Assembly: GCA_012514045.1 (NCBI GenBank)
Contig: JAAZBA010000059.1
Span: 1-33,825 of the forward strand
Length of the DNA stretch: 33,825 nt
Source: Clostridiales bacterium
GTDB taxonomy: Bacteria; Bacillota; Clostridia; Oscillospirales; QAMX01
Reading direction: 5' to 3'
This document shows, one piece after another, positions 1 through 9,274 of this stretch (its first letter is position 1; each line of letters starts with the position of its first letter). The translations under genes and the position numbers were made by a program. A model generated the notes under the pieces. That model made no database searches. It saw only the letters and a program-made list of their open reading frames with translations, and was not told where the DNA came from.

Positions 1-2
1 AT

Positions 3-710
3 GAAGTAGCTAACATTGTCATAGAAGAAAAGATTGAAGTTGTCACCACAGGTGCGGGAAACCCTTCCAAATATATAAAGGAATGGCTTACAGCAGGCAT
101 CAAGGTAATCCCTGTTGTCGCTTCTGTTGCCATGGCGAAGTTGATGACACGCCTCGGCGCGTCCGCACTGATTGCGGAAGGCGGCGAAAGCGGCGGTCAC
201 GTCGGTGAACTTACTACTATGGTTCTTGTTCCGCAGATCTGTGACGCTACCGCTCTGCCTGTTATTGCGGCAGGAGGTATTGCAGACGGCAGAGGTGTTG
301 CAGCGGTATTTATGCTCGGCGCCCGGGGCGTGCAGATGGGTACCCGCTTTTTAAGCGCAAATGAATGCGCTATTCATCCTAACTATAAAGAAAAAATTTT
401 GAAAGCAACTGACCTTTGCACGATTGTGACAGGAAAACGCTTAGGTCACCCTGTCCGCAGCCTCAGAACACCGTTCTCAAGGGAGTATTCCCAAGCGGAG
501 TATGGCGGTATGCCGGACGAGAAATTGGAAGCGTTAGCAGCCGGCGCGTTAAGGCTTGCCGTTCAGGAAGGCGACAACGAAAAGGGCTGTTTCCTCTCCG
601 GGCAGATCGCCGCGATGGTTAAAAAGGAACAGCCTGCCGCGGAAATAGTCAAGGAAGTCATGGGAGAAGCGGAAGCTATCCTTATGAGGGCGTTACAATG
701 GGTAAAATAG
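3..710 (+). CDS. fabK: Enoyl-[ACP] reductase II, FMN-dependent (FabK); 5' end lies outside the window
   Basis: The frame is open from nt 3 (EVANIVIEEKIEVVTTGAGNPSKY...) and runs into listed ORF 132..710, so the Met at 132 is internal. VVTTGAGNP, IAEGGESGGHVG and AAGGIADGRG blocks are FabK/nitronate-monooxygenase TIM-barrel signatures. The position directly upstream of fabD-fabG-fabF matches the streptococcal/clostridial FASII operon order. Confidence 0.85.
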   Translation, partial: EVANIVIEEKIEVVTTGAGNPSKYIKEWLTAGIKVIPVVASVAMAKLMTRLGASALIAEGGESGGHVGELTTMVLVPQICDATALPVIAAGGIADGRGVAAVFMLGARGVQMGTRFLSANECAIHPNYKEKILKATDLCTIVTGKRLGHPVRSLRTPFSREYSQAEYGGMPDEKLEALAAGALRLAVQEGDNEKGCFLSGQIAAMVKKEQPAAEIVKEVMGEAEAILMRALQWVK

Positions 711-1594
711 CATTTGTTTTTTCAGGACAAGGCGACCAGTACCCCGGAATGGGTAAGGATCTGTATAAAAAGAATCCGTCTGCCAAAAAGATTTATGACT
801 TGTGTGACAGGATTCGTCCCGGCACTTCTTCTCAATGCTTTGAAGGAACAGAGGCAGAATTGAAAGAGACAAAGAATACACAGCCCTGTCTTTTCGCGCT
901 GGAGCTGGCTATGGCAAGCGTACTGCTTGAAAAAGAAGTCGTTCCCGATGTTGTCGCGGGTTTTTCACTCGGCGAAGTAGTTGCCGCGACGGTGAGCGGT
1001 GCGTTTGACAATGATACCGGGTTCCGCCTTGTATGCAAACGCGGAGAACTGATGCAGCGTGAGGCTGAAAAGTTTGATACCTCCATGGCTGCGGTTGTGA
1101 AACTTACAGCTGAACAGGTACAGGAATTGTGCGGTAAATACTCTGACGTTTACCCCGTGAATTTTAACTGCCCCGGACAAGTCACCGTTTCCGGCCTTTC
1201 CTCGCAGATGACAGACTTTTTTTCGGATGTAAAAGCGGCCGGCGGCAGAGCAATCCCTCTCAAGGTAAAGGGCGCATTTCATTCGCCGTTTATGAATGAG
1301 ACAGCAAAAATGTTTGCTGAAGAATTGGCGAATACGGAGATAAAAGAAAGAACGATCACGCTTTATTCAAATGTGACGGCTGAACCTTATGGAAATAATG
1401 TTGCAGGTTTATTATCAAATCAGATCTGCAATCCTGTACAGTGGGAGAAAATCATCCGTAATATGATAACTGATGGTGTTGATACCTTTATTGAGATCGG
1501 TCCGGGCAAAACATTGACCAATATAATTAAGAAAATAAACCCTGATGTGAAAGCCGTAAATTTTGCCGAATATCTTGCGGAGGTGGAAGTGTGA
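698..1594 (+). CDS. fabD: Malonyl-CoA:ACP transacylase
   Basis: 298 aa. N-terminal IAFVFSGQGDQYPGMG and the GFSLGE nucleophile elbow are present. The start overlaps the fabK stop by 13 nt. Confidence 0.93.
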   Translation: MGKIAFVFSGQGDQYPGMGKDLYKKNPSAKKIYDLCDRIRPGTSSQCFEGTEAELKETKNTQPCLFALELAMASVLLEKEVVPDVVAGFSLGEVVAATVSGAFDNDTGFRLVCKRGELMQREAEKFDTSMAAVVKLTAEQVQELCGKYSDVYPVNFNCPGQVTVSGLSSQMTDFFSDVKAAGGRAIPLKVKGAFHSPFMNETAKMFAEELANTEIKERTITLYSNVTAEPYGNNVAGLLSNQICNPVQWEKIIRNMITDGVDTFIEIGPGKTLTNIIKKINPDVKAVNFAEYLAEVEV

Positions 1595-2319
1595 TAAGCG
1601 GAAAAACAGCGGTTGTGACCGGAGGCTCCCGCGGTATCGGTGAAGCAATCGTGTATAAGTTGGCGTCTTTAGGCGCGAATGTCGCCGTTATCTACGCCGG
1701 TAATACAGCTGCCGCAGAAAATGTCTGCAATAAGTGCAAGCAGGATTATGGTGTGGAAGCTAAGGCGTACAAGTGCAATGTAGCGGATTTTGAGGCGGTA
1801 AAGGACACTGTAGCAAAGCTCAAAGCCGATTTCGGAACAGCGCAAATCCTTGTAAACAACGCGGGGATTACCCGTGACGGTTTGCTTGCCATGATGAAAG
1901 AAGAGGATTTTGATGCGGTTGTCGATACCAATCTCAAAGGTGCTTTCAATATGATACGCCACATGACCGGTTTGTTTATCAGAAACCGTGAAGGCTGCAT
2001 TATTAACATCACCTCAGTTGCCGGAATTGTAGGCAACGCGGGACAGTGCAATTATTCTGCGTCAAAGGCAGGTCTTATCGGACTTACAAAATCTGTCGCC
2101 AAAGAACTTGCGCCAAAGGGAATTCGCTGCAACGCGGTAGCCCCCGGGTTTATCTCAACGGATATGACGGAAAATCAAACCGACAATCCGCTTTTGAAAA
2201 TGATTCCGCTGGGGAAAATGGGCGGAACGGATGATGTGGCAGAGGCGGTGGCATATCTGACGACCGCAAAATACGTAACCGGTGAAGTGCTACGTGTTGA
2301 CGGCGGTATTGCGATGTAA
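1591..2319 (+). CDS. fabG: 3-oxoacyl-[ACP] reductase (SDR)
   Basis: 242 aa. It carries the TGGSRGIG cofactor motif, NNAGITRD and the YSASKAG catalytic Tyr-x3-Lys. The GTG start sits in a GTGA overlap with the fabD stop, with GGAGGTGG just upstream. Confidence 0.92.
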   Translation: MISGKTAVVTGGSRGIGEAIVYKLASLGANVAVIYAGNTAAAENVCNKCKQDYGVEAKAYKCNVADFEAVKDTVAKLKADFGTAQILVNNAGITRDGLLAMMKEEDFDAVVDTNLKGAFNMIRHMTGLFIRNREGCIINITSVAGIVGNAGQCNYSASKAGLIGLTKSVAKELAPKGIRCNAVAPGFISTDMTENQTDNPLLKMIPLGKMGGTDDVAEAVAYLTTAKYVTGEVLRVDGGIAM

Positions 2320-2330
2320 GGAGAAAAAAT

Positions 2331-3569
2331 ATGAGTGAAAACAGAAGAGTTGTTGTCACCGGAATCGGCGCGATAACTCCGTTAGGAAATAACGATGCAG
2401 AGACATGGGAGGGTTTGAAGAACGGGAAAAACGGTATTGCTCTCATTACACTTTTTGATACAGAAAAATTTAAGGCAAAATTGGCCGCCGAGGTCAAAGG
2501 CTTCGACCCGGCGGAATACTTAGAGGTAAACGATCTGTTTCGTACCGACCGTTATGCGCAGTTCGCTGTAGCTGCCGCGCAGCAGGCTGTGGATAAAAGC
2601 GGCGTGGAAGGCACTGTAGAGCCGGAACGCTTTGCTGTTATATTTGGTACCGGCATCGGCGGTATCGGTACGTTTGAAACAGAACATACGAAGCTTATAG
2701 AGAAAGGCCCGCGTCGTGTGTCTTCGCTGTTTGTGCCTATGATGATCGGCAATATGGCAGCAGGCATGATAGCCATACGTCACGACTGTCGCGGTTCCGC
2801 AATGCCTGCGGTTACTGCCTGCGCTTCCGGCTCAAATGCCATTGGTGAGGCTATGCGTCTTATTCGTCACGGATATGCTGATGCGGTGATCACCGGTGGC
2901 GCGGAAGCAACGGTCGTTCCTACCGCGATTGCGGGTTTTGTAAATATGCAGGCGCTTTCCACCTCCGAAAACCCTGACGAAGCATCGCTGCCTTTCGATA
3001 AGCGCAGAGCCGGATTTGTTATAGGTGAAGGCGCTGTGGCGCTCGTTCTCGAAGAATATGACCACGCGTTAACCCGCGGAGCCAGGATTTTAGGTGAGGT
3101 ATGTGGTTACGGCTCCACCTGTGACGCGTATCACATTACCGCGCCCCACCCCGAGGCTCGCGGCGGCGCTCAGGCGATGATGATTGCAATGAAAGAAGCG
3201 GGATATACCGAAAATGACACTGTGTATATCAATGCGCACGGCACTGGCACACCGATGAATGATGTGATTGAAACGGTAGCTATAAAAAAGGCGCTTGGTG
3301 AGCATAACGCAAGAAAAGCCTTCGTCAGCTCCACAAAATCTATGACCGGACATATGTTGGGCGCCGCAGGCGCGATTGAAGCCTTTGCATGTCTGTTTGC
3401 GCTGAATGAGGGCGTAATCCCTCCCACGATCAATTTGAATGAACAGGACGAGAGTTGTGACCTCAACTATGTCCCGAATACTGCTGTAAAGGCGGGTATT
3501 ACGCTGGCGCTTTCAAACTCTCTTGGATTTGGCGGTCACAACGCTTGTCTCGCTTTCAGAAAGGTGTAA
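2331..3569 (+). CDS. fabF: 3-oxoacyl-[ACP] synthase II
   Basis: 412 aa condensing enzyme with active-site Cys in TACASGSNA and His motifs NAHGTGTP and TGHMLGAAG. An AGGAG RBS lies upstream. Confidence 0.93.
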   Translation: MSENRRVVVTGIGAITPLGNNDAETWEGLKNGKNGIALITLFDTEKFKAKLAAEVKGFDPAEYLEVNDLFRTDRYAQFAVAAAQQAVDKSGVEGTVEPERFAVIFGTGIGGIGTFETEHTKLIEKGPRRVSSLFVPMMIGNMAAGMIAIRHDCRGSAMPAVTACASGSNAIGEAMRLIRHGYADAVITGGAEATVVPTAIAGFVNMQALSTSENPDEASLPFDKRRAGFVIGEGAVALVLEEYDHALTRGARILGEVCGYGSTCDAYHITAPHPEARGGAQAMMIAMKEAGYTENDTVYINAHGTGTPMNDVIETVAIKKALGEHNARKAFVSSTKSMTGHMLGAAGAIEAFACLFALNEGVIPPTINLNEQDESCDLNYVPNTAVKAGITLALSNSLGFGGHNACLAFRKV

Positions 3570-3572
3570 TAG

Positions 3573-4004
3573 ATGAAAGAGACAGATATCCGCAAATATG
3601 CCGAACTGATGAAAGAACTCGGTCTTACCGGGCTTGAGATTACAGATAATGATACAAAAGTCCGTTTGGAGCGCTCTGTTCCGGTATCAGCAAAAGAAAC
3701 ATTATATTCTGTTCCTGAACCTGCCACAAGTTCGCAGGTTGCGCCTGAGCATAAAGACTATATCAGCGTAAAATCTCCCATAGTCGGCGTGTTTTATGCG
3801 GCTCCCGCTGAAAACGCAGATCCGTATGTTACAATCGGCGACAATGTAAAGAAAGGACAGACCCTTTGCATCGTGGAGGCAATGAAACTGATGAATGAAA
3901 TCACTGCCGATGATGAAGGCGTGATATCGAAAGTCTGTGTTACAAACGGTCAGGTCGTGGAATATGGCACGGAACTGTTCCATATCAAGAGGTCAGGGAT
4001 ATGA
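3573..4004 (+). CDS. accB: Biotin carboxyl carrier protein of acetyl-CoA carboxylase
   Basis: 143 aa. The C-terminal biotinyl domain has the EAMKLMNEI biotinylation motif. Confidence 0.92.
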   Translation: MKETDIRKYAELMKELGLTGLEITDNDTKVRLERSVPVSAKETLYSVPEPATSSQVAPEHKDYISVKSPIVGVFYAAPAENADPYVTIGDNVKKGQTLCIVEAMKLMNEITADDEGVISKVCVTNGQVVEYGTELFHIKRSGI

Positions 4005-4417
4005 ACAGAGAAGAGATCATGAGTATATTGCCTCACAGGGATAATATGTTTTTGCTTGATGATGTGGTAAACGAAGACGGTACGGCTGTCGGGCATTATA
4101 CCGTCAGAGGTGATGAATTTTTCTTAAAAGGCCATTTTCCTGACAACCCCATCGTTCCCGGGGTGATACTCTGTGAGATTCTGGCTCAGTCCGCCTGTGT
4201 GCTGATGCAGGACGCTATGAGCGAAGGAAAGCTGCCGGTTTATACAGGACTTAACAATGTAAAATTCCGTTCTCCCGTAAAACCGGGGGACACGGTTGAA
4301 ACACGCTGCACTATCAAGCGCGCAAAACACCCCTTTTATTTTGCGGAAGGTACCGCCACAGTGGAGGGAAGGCTTTGCGTATCCGCTGAATTTTCCTTTG
4401 CAATTACAGGAGCGTAG
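4001..4417 (+). CDS. fabZ: 3-hydroxyacyl-[ACP] dehydratase
   Basis: 138 aa hotdog protein with the HFPDNPIVPGVILCEILAQ active-site block. ATGA stop/start overlap with accB. Confidence 0.92.
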   Translation: MNREEIMSILPHRDNMFLLDDVVNEDGTAVGHYTVRGDEFFLKGHFPDNPIVPGVILCEILAQSACVLMQDAMSEGKLPVYTGLNNVKFRSPVKPGDTVETRCTIKRAKHPFYFAEGTATVEGRLCVSAEFSFAITGA

Positions 4418-4420
4418 ATT

Positions 4421-5728
4421 ATGTTTTCAAAAATACTGATCGCCAACCGCGGCGAAATCGCTGTACGCATTATCAGGGCTTGCAAAGAAATGGGCGTCGC
4501 TACGGTGGCTGTATATTCCGAGGCGGATAAAAATGCCCTGCACGTGGCGCTTGCCGATCAGAGATATTGTATCGGCGGTCCGGAAGCTTCTGAGAGCTAT
4601 CTGAATGAAAATCAAATAATCAGCGCCGCTATTATAGCGGACGCGCAAGCGATTCACCCCGGTTACGGGTTTCTTTCTGAAAACGCACATTTTTCAAGGC
4701 TTTGCAGAAAGAACGGATTGGTATTTATCGGCCCTGATTCCGAAAGCATGGAGCGCCTGGGCGATAAAGCAACCTTAAAAGAACTTATCCGCGATGCGGG
4801 ACTATCTGTGATTCCGGGTACAAAAGCGATGACGTCTGTGGAGGAAGCGAAGCGGGCGGCAGAGAGAATCGGATACCCGGTAATGCTTAAAGCCTGCGCC
4901 GGCGGAGGCGGTCGAGGTATACGCCTGATCCACTCTGAAGACGAATTGGATAATGCTTACCATCAGGCGACGAGTGAAGCGCTCAGCGCTTTCGGTGACG
5001 GAAGCGTATATCTTGAAAAATACATCTTCCCGGCAAGACATGTGGAATTGCAAATTCTTGCTGATGAACATGGAAACGCCGTATGTCTTGGAGACCGAGA
5101 TTGTTCTATCCAAAGAAGAAACCAAAAACTGTTGGAAGAGACCCCCTCTCCCGCCGTAAATGATGAGCAGCGAAAGAAAATTATGGAGCTTGCCGTAGCT
5201 GCCGTAAAAAAGATAGGTTACGTAGGCGCGGGCACTCTTGAGTTTTTACTTGACCGTGACGGCAGATTTTGGTTTATGGAAATGAATGTCCGGCTGCAGG
5301 TAGAGCACTGCGTAACGGAAATGCTGACAGGTTATGACCTTGTGAAATGGCAGATTCGTATCGCGGCGGGCGTACCTTTGAACTTTGCACAAAAGGATAT
5401 CCACATCAAAGGCTCCGCTATCGAATGCCGTATCAATGCGGGAAGCTGCGGAACTCTGAATATGCTTCATGTTCCCGGCGGTCCCTCCGTGCGGTTCGAT
5501 ACATGCCTGATTAAAGGCACTGTTGTTACGCCATATTACGATTCTCTGCTGGGAAAACTCATCGTGTATGCGAAGACAAGAGAAGAAACACTGCGAAAAA
5601 TGCGGGCGTCGCTTTGCGAATTGGTGATTGACGGAATACCGACTAATATTGAAGAACAACTGCGGATTGTGGAGGATGAACGCTTCACATCCGGCAACTA
5701 TGATTTAACTTTTATGGGAAACAGGTGA
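4421..5728 (+). CDS. accC: Biotin carboxylase subunit of acetyl-CoA carboxylase
   Basis: 435 aa. N-terminal KILIANRGEIAVRIIRACKEMG, ATP-grasp glycine loop KACAGGGGRGIR and the EMNVRLQVEH block are present. Confidence 0.93.
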   Translation: MFSKILIANRGEIAVRIIRACKEMGVATVAVYSEADKNALHVALADQRYCIGGPEASESYLNENQIISAAIIADAQAIHPGYGFLSENAHFSRLCRKNGLVFIGPDSESMERLGDKATLKELIRDAGLSVIPGTKAMTSVEEAKRAAERIGYPVMLKACAGGGGRGIRLIHSEDELDNAYHQATSEALSAFGDGSVYLEKYIFPARHVELQILADEHGNAVCLGDRDCSIQRRNQKLLEETPSPAVNDEQRKKIMELAVAAVKKIGYVGAGTLEFLLDRDGRFWFMEMNVRLQVEHCVTEMLTGYDLVKWQIRIAAGVPLNFAQKDIHIKGSAIECRINAGSCGTLNMLHVPGGPSVRFDTCLIKGTVVTPYYDSLLGKLIVYAKTREETLRKMRASLCELVIDGIPTNIEEQLRIVEDERFTSGNYDLTFMGNR

Positions 5729-5732
5729 TGAA

Positions 5733-6593
5733 ATGGCATTGATAAACTTTTTGAAACCGAGAAACCAATTGGAAGAAGGCGGCCGTACTGCTGCCCCTGT
5801 GCAGCGTGATGCCGGTGAACCTGAAAAGAAATGCCCGAATTGCCGTAAAGATATTCCTGTGAGCCGCCTTTGGGCGAATAATCTTGTCTGCCCCTGCGGC
5901 TATCATTTCCGAATGAAAGCGCGTCAGCGTATCCATATGATCGCGGACAAAAACAGTTTTCACGAAATGTATTCAAATGTGAAAGCGGATGATCCGCTGA
6001 ACTTTCCCGGATATAAAGACAAGGTTGAGACAGTCCGTGTTGCAAGCGGTGAGGAAGAAGCAGTTATATGCGGTACGGCAATGATAGGCAGGCAAAAATG
6101 CTGTCTGTTCGTCATGGAGTCATATTTTATGATGGGTAGTATGGGCAGCGCTGTAGGTGAGAAAATTACAATGCTCTTTGAGTATGCCGTGTATCATCGC
6201 CTGCCGGTAGTCGGCTTTACCGTATCAGGCGGTGCCCGCATGCAGGAAGGTTTATTGTCCTTAATGCAGATGGCAAAAACGAGCGCCGCAGTCAAACGCC
6301 ACAGTGACGCGGGACTACTGTATATTGCCGTGCTTACCGATCCGACAACCGGCGGCGTGACTGCCAGCTTTGCTATGGAAGCTGATATTATTTTGGCTGA
6401 GCCCGGCGCGACTGTGGGGTTTGCAGGCGCGAGAGTAATTGAGCAAACGACAAAAAAATCCCTCCCCGATGGTTTTCAAAAGTCGGAATTTGTAATGAAG
6501 CATGGGTTTATTGACAGTATCATACCCCGTTCCAATCAAAAGAAGTGCTTGACTGAACTTCTTAAAATGCACGATGGGAGGGCGATTATATGA
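5733..6593 (+). CDS. accD: Acetyl-CoA carboxylase carboxyltransferase beta subunit
   Basis: 286 aa. It has an N-terminal Cys4 zinc ribbon (CPNC...CPCG) followed by a crotonase-like carboxyltransferase domain (SGGARMQEG). Confidence 0.92.
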   Translation: MALINFLKPRNQLEEGGRTAAPVQRDAGEPEKKCPNCRKDIPVSRLWANNLVCPCGYHFRMKARQRIHMIADKNSFHEMYSNVKADDPLNFPGYKDKVETVRVASGEEEAVICGTAMIGRQKCCLFVMESYFMMGSMGSAVGEKITMLFEYAVYHRLPVVGFTVSGGARMQEGLLSLMQMAKTSAAVKRHSDAGLLYIAVLTDPTTGGVTASFAMEADIILAEPGATVGFAGARVIEQTTKKSLPDGFQKSEFVMKHGFIDSIIPRSNQKKCLTELLKMHDGRAII

Positions 6594-7381
6594 TCGATAC
6601 GGCATACGAACGTGTCAAGCTTGCCCGTGATAACAAACGACCGACCGGGCTTGACTATATCAAAAATATTTTCAAAGATTTTATAGAGTTCCACGGAGAT
6701 CGCCGTTTTGCGGATGATCCTGCCATTGTGGGGGGTGTCGCGAGGCTGAATAATTATCCTGTAACCGTGATTGCCATCGAAAAAGGCAATACAGCAAAGG
6801 AACGCGCTTATCGCAATTTCGGAGCTCCGCAGCCGGAGGGATACCGGAAAGCCTTGCGCTTGATGAAACAGGCGGAAAAGTTCGGCAGACCGATCATTTG
6901 CTTCATTGATACTTCCGGCGCCTATTGCGGAGTGGGAGCTGAGGAACGGGGACAGGGTCAGGCGATCGCAGAGAACCTTATGGAAATGTCAACCCTCAGT
7001 GTTCCTATAATATCTATTCTGGTTGGGGAAGGCGGAAGCGGCGGCGCGTTGGCTCTTGCTGTGGCTGACCGTGTCTGGATGCTTCAAAACGCCGTTTATT
7101 CCGTTATCTCCCCCGAAGGCTGCGCGAGTATTCTGTGGAAAGACTCTGCCAAAGCCGAAACCGCGGCAGAGAGTTTAAAACTAACGGCAGAGGACGCTAA
7201 AAGTCTCGGCGTGATTGAACGTATTCTTTCCGAAAATGAAATCGGGAAAAAGGAATTTTATGATCGCATACGTGTTCTTCTGACAGAGGAACTAAAAATA
7301 CTGATAAAGGATATTGACTTGATTCAAAACCGTTATGACAGATTCCGCAAAATCGGTGTCAGTGCGGTCAATAAGGATTAA
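6590..7381 (+). CDS. accA: Acetyl-CoA carboxylase carboxyltransferase alpha subunit (short N-terminus)
   Basis: 263 aa with [22 protein letters not shown] and [10 protein letters not shown] blocks. ATGA overlap with accD. Confidence 0.9.
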   Translation: MIDTAYERVKLARDNKRPTGLDYIKNIFKDFIEFHGDRRFADDPAIVGGVARLNNYPVTVIAIEKGNTAKERAYRNFGAPQPEGYRKALRLMKQAEKFGRPIICFIDTSGAYCGVGAEERGQGQAIAENLMEMSTLSVPIISILVGEGGSGGALALAVADRVWMLQNAVYSVISPEGCASILWKDSAKAETAAESLKLTAEDAKSLGVIERILSENEIGKKEFYDRIRVLLTEELKILIKDIDLIQNRYDRFRKIGVSAVNKD

Positions 7382-7383
7382 AT

Positions 7384-9018
7384 ATGAGTGTATATCAAAA
7401 CTTTTGCCATGAGATTACCGACGAAAACGGCAATCTGAAAAAACTGATTTTAGACTATCCGGATAATTTTAACTTTGGTTATGATGTTGTCGACAGAATA
7501 GCAGAAGAAACGCCTGATAAAAGAGCGCTTGTATGGTGTAATGCCGGGGATGAAGAACATATCTTCACTTTTTCCGATATAAAGAAGTACAGCAACCAGA
7601 TGGCGAATGTGTTTCGTGCCGCAGGCATCGGTCACGGCGACCGTGTGATGCTGATATTGAAACGTCATTACGAATATTGGTTCGCGGCGATTGCTCTGCA
7701 TAAGCTGGGCGCGATAATGATACCTGCCACTCATATGCTGACGGTAAGTGACTTTGTCTATCGCCTTAATGCTTTAGAAGCAAAAGCAATTGTATGCACC
7801 GTACAAAGCGAAGTGCCGGAAAAAATCCTGGAGGCTCTGAAACAGACAAAAATGTCCGTAAAACTGTGGTGTGTACAGGAAAATACCGATGGATTTGAAA
7901 ACATGACTGCTGAAATGGAAAGCGCAAGCGAAGAATTGGAGCGCATACCTACGTTGGCAACAGATCCGATGGTAATGTATTTTACCTCCGGCACTACCGG
8001 CGATCCAAAAGGCGTGATCCACGAACACAGCTATCCACTGGCCCATATTGTGACGGCGAAATACTGGCAGCAGGCAGAAGATAACGGGCTTCATTTCACA
8101 GTCGCAGAAACCGGCTGGGCAAAAGCCTCATGGGGAAAAATGTATGGACAATGGCTCGTCGGCAGCGCGGTTATGGTTTTCGACTTTGACAGCTTTGAGC
8201 CGAAGCAGCTCACGCATATTATCAACAAATACGGCGTAACGTCCTTCTGCGCGCCGCCTACTGTTTACCGTTATCTTGTGCGAAAAGGCATTCCCGATAT
8301 GCCGACTCTCAAACACGCTACAACCGCGGGTGAAATGTTAGCTCCCGAAGTGTTCCGCAAGTTTACGAAATGCACGGGACTTACGCTTCGTGAAGGCTAT
8401 GGGCAAACAGAAACCACTCTTCTGATGGCAAACTTCAAAGGCTATGATGCAGTCGAAGGCTCTATGGGAATCCTTTCACCCTTTTACAATATCGAGCTTC
8501 GCGGGACAGATGATCAACCTGTCGGCATCGGTGAAGTTGGCGAAGTTGTCATCATTCCTGATGAAACAGGCAAACAGACAGGTATATTTACATCATATCT
8601 TGACAACGAAGAACAGTATAAATATGTGTGGCGTGACGGCGTGTATCACACAGGCGATGCGGCATATATGGATGAAAACGGAAGGTATTGGTTCCACGGT
8701 CGATTCGATGATATTATCAAGACCGGAGGTTTTCGCGTCGGTCCTTACGAAGTGGAGAATGTTCTGATGGAGCATCCGGCAGTAATGGAGTGCAGCGTTG
8801 TCGGCGTACCGGATTCACTCAGAGGTCAGGCAATAAAGGCGGTTGTTGTCCCCGGCGCGGGATATACCCCTTCTACGGAGCTTGAATTGGAGATAAAAAA
8901 TTTCTGCAATCAAAAGCTTGCTGAATACAAGTGGATCCGTCTGATTAAGTTTGTAGAGGAAATGCCTAAAACCATCAGCGGAAAGATTCAAAAGACTGTA
9001 CTGCGCAGTCAAAATTAG
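7384..9018 (+). CDS. AMP-forming acyl-CoA ligase, short/medium-chain (ACSM/MbcS-like) type
   Basis: 544 aa. It has the adenylation core motifs YFTSGTTGDPKG, GYGQTE and YHTGD..GRFDD, plus a C-terminal SGKIQK lysine. The ATG lies 2 nt after the accA stop, so the gene is co-transcribed with the FASII/ACC genes. Confidence 0.85.
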   Translation: MSVYQNFCHEITDENGNLKKLILDYPDNFNFGYDVVDRIAEETPDKRALVWCNAGDEEHIFTFSDIKKYSNQMANVFRAAGIGHGDRVMLILKRHYEYWFAAIALHKLGAIMIPATHMLTVSDFVYRLNALEAKAIVCTVQSEVPEKILEALKQTKMSVKLWCVQENTDGFENMTAEMESASEELERIPTLATDPMVMYFTSGTTGDPKGVIHEHSYPLAHIVTAKYWQQAEDNGLHFTVAETGWAKASWGKMYGQWLVGSAVMVFDFDSFEPKQLTHIINKYGVTSFCAPPTVYRYLVRKGIPDMPTLKHATTAGEMLAPEVFRKFTKCTGLTLREGYGQTETTLLMANFKGYDAVEGSMGILSPFYNIELRGTDDQPVGIGEVGEVVIIPDETGKQTGIFTSYLDNEEQYKYVWRDGVYHTGDAAYMDENGRYWFHGRFDDIIKTGGFRVGPYEVENVLMEHPAVMECSVVGVPDSLRGQAIKAVVVPGAGYTPSTELELEIKNFCNQKLAEYKWIRLIKFVEEMPKTISGKIQKTVLRSQN

Positions 9019-9204
9019 GTGAATGATATAAAGATAATGAGTAAACGATATGTATCTGGGCGACAAGCAGGAGAAAAGCATAATTGTTTGGCAAAGAGAC
9101 GTGTATATCAGTGTTTTTCAAGAAACGGAACAGGCGTTTGCTTTTGCCGCGGGTAAATAAATTTACAGTATTTAAAATAATATCAAAATTTCATCATATC
9201 TTGG

Positions 9205-9213
9205 TGTTATAAT
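9205..9213 (+). promoter_or_regulatory. Candidate extended -10 promoter (TGtTATAAT) for the PAS regulator gene
   Basis: TGTTATAAT lies about 60 nt upstream of ATG 9275 in an AT-rich spacer. I see no good -35 element. Confidence 0.35.
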
Positions 9214-9274
9214 AAAAGATAGATTTATATTCAATCCCGTCGGCAGATAGCAATATTCTGCAAAAGGAGTTACC

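Noticed and set aside
6590-7381. AccA looks short (263 aa) and lacks the N-terminal helical extension seen in E. coli AccA.
   Set aside because: The catalytic core motifs are intact and the start is fixed by an ATGA overlap with accD. Short AccA forms appear normal in this type of Firmicute operon, so I did not flag it as an anomaly.
9019-9274. Search for a terminator after the acyl-CoA ligase or a riboswitch/T-box leader before the PAS regulator.
   Set aside because: I found only weak, widely spaced complementarity (GGCAAAG...CTTTTGCC) and no recognisable conserved leader structure.
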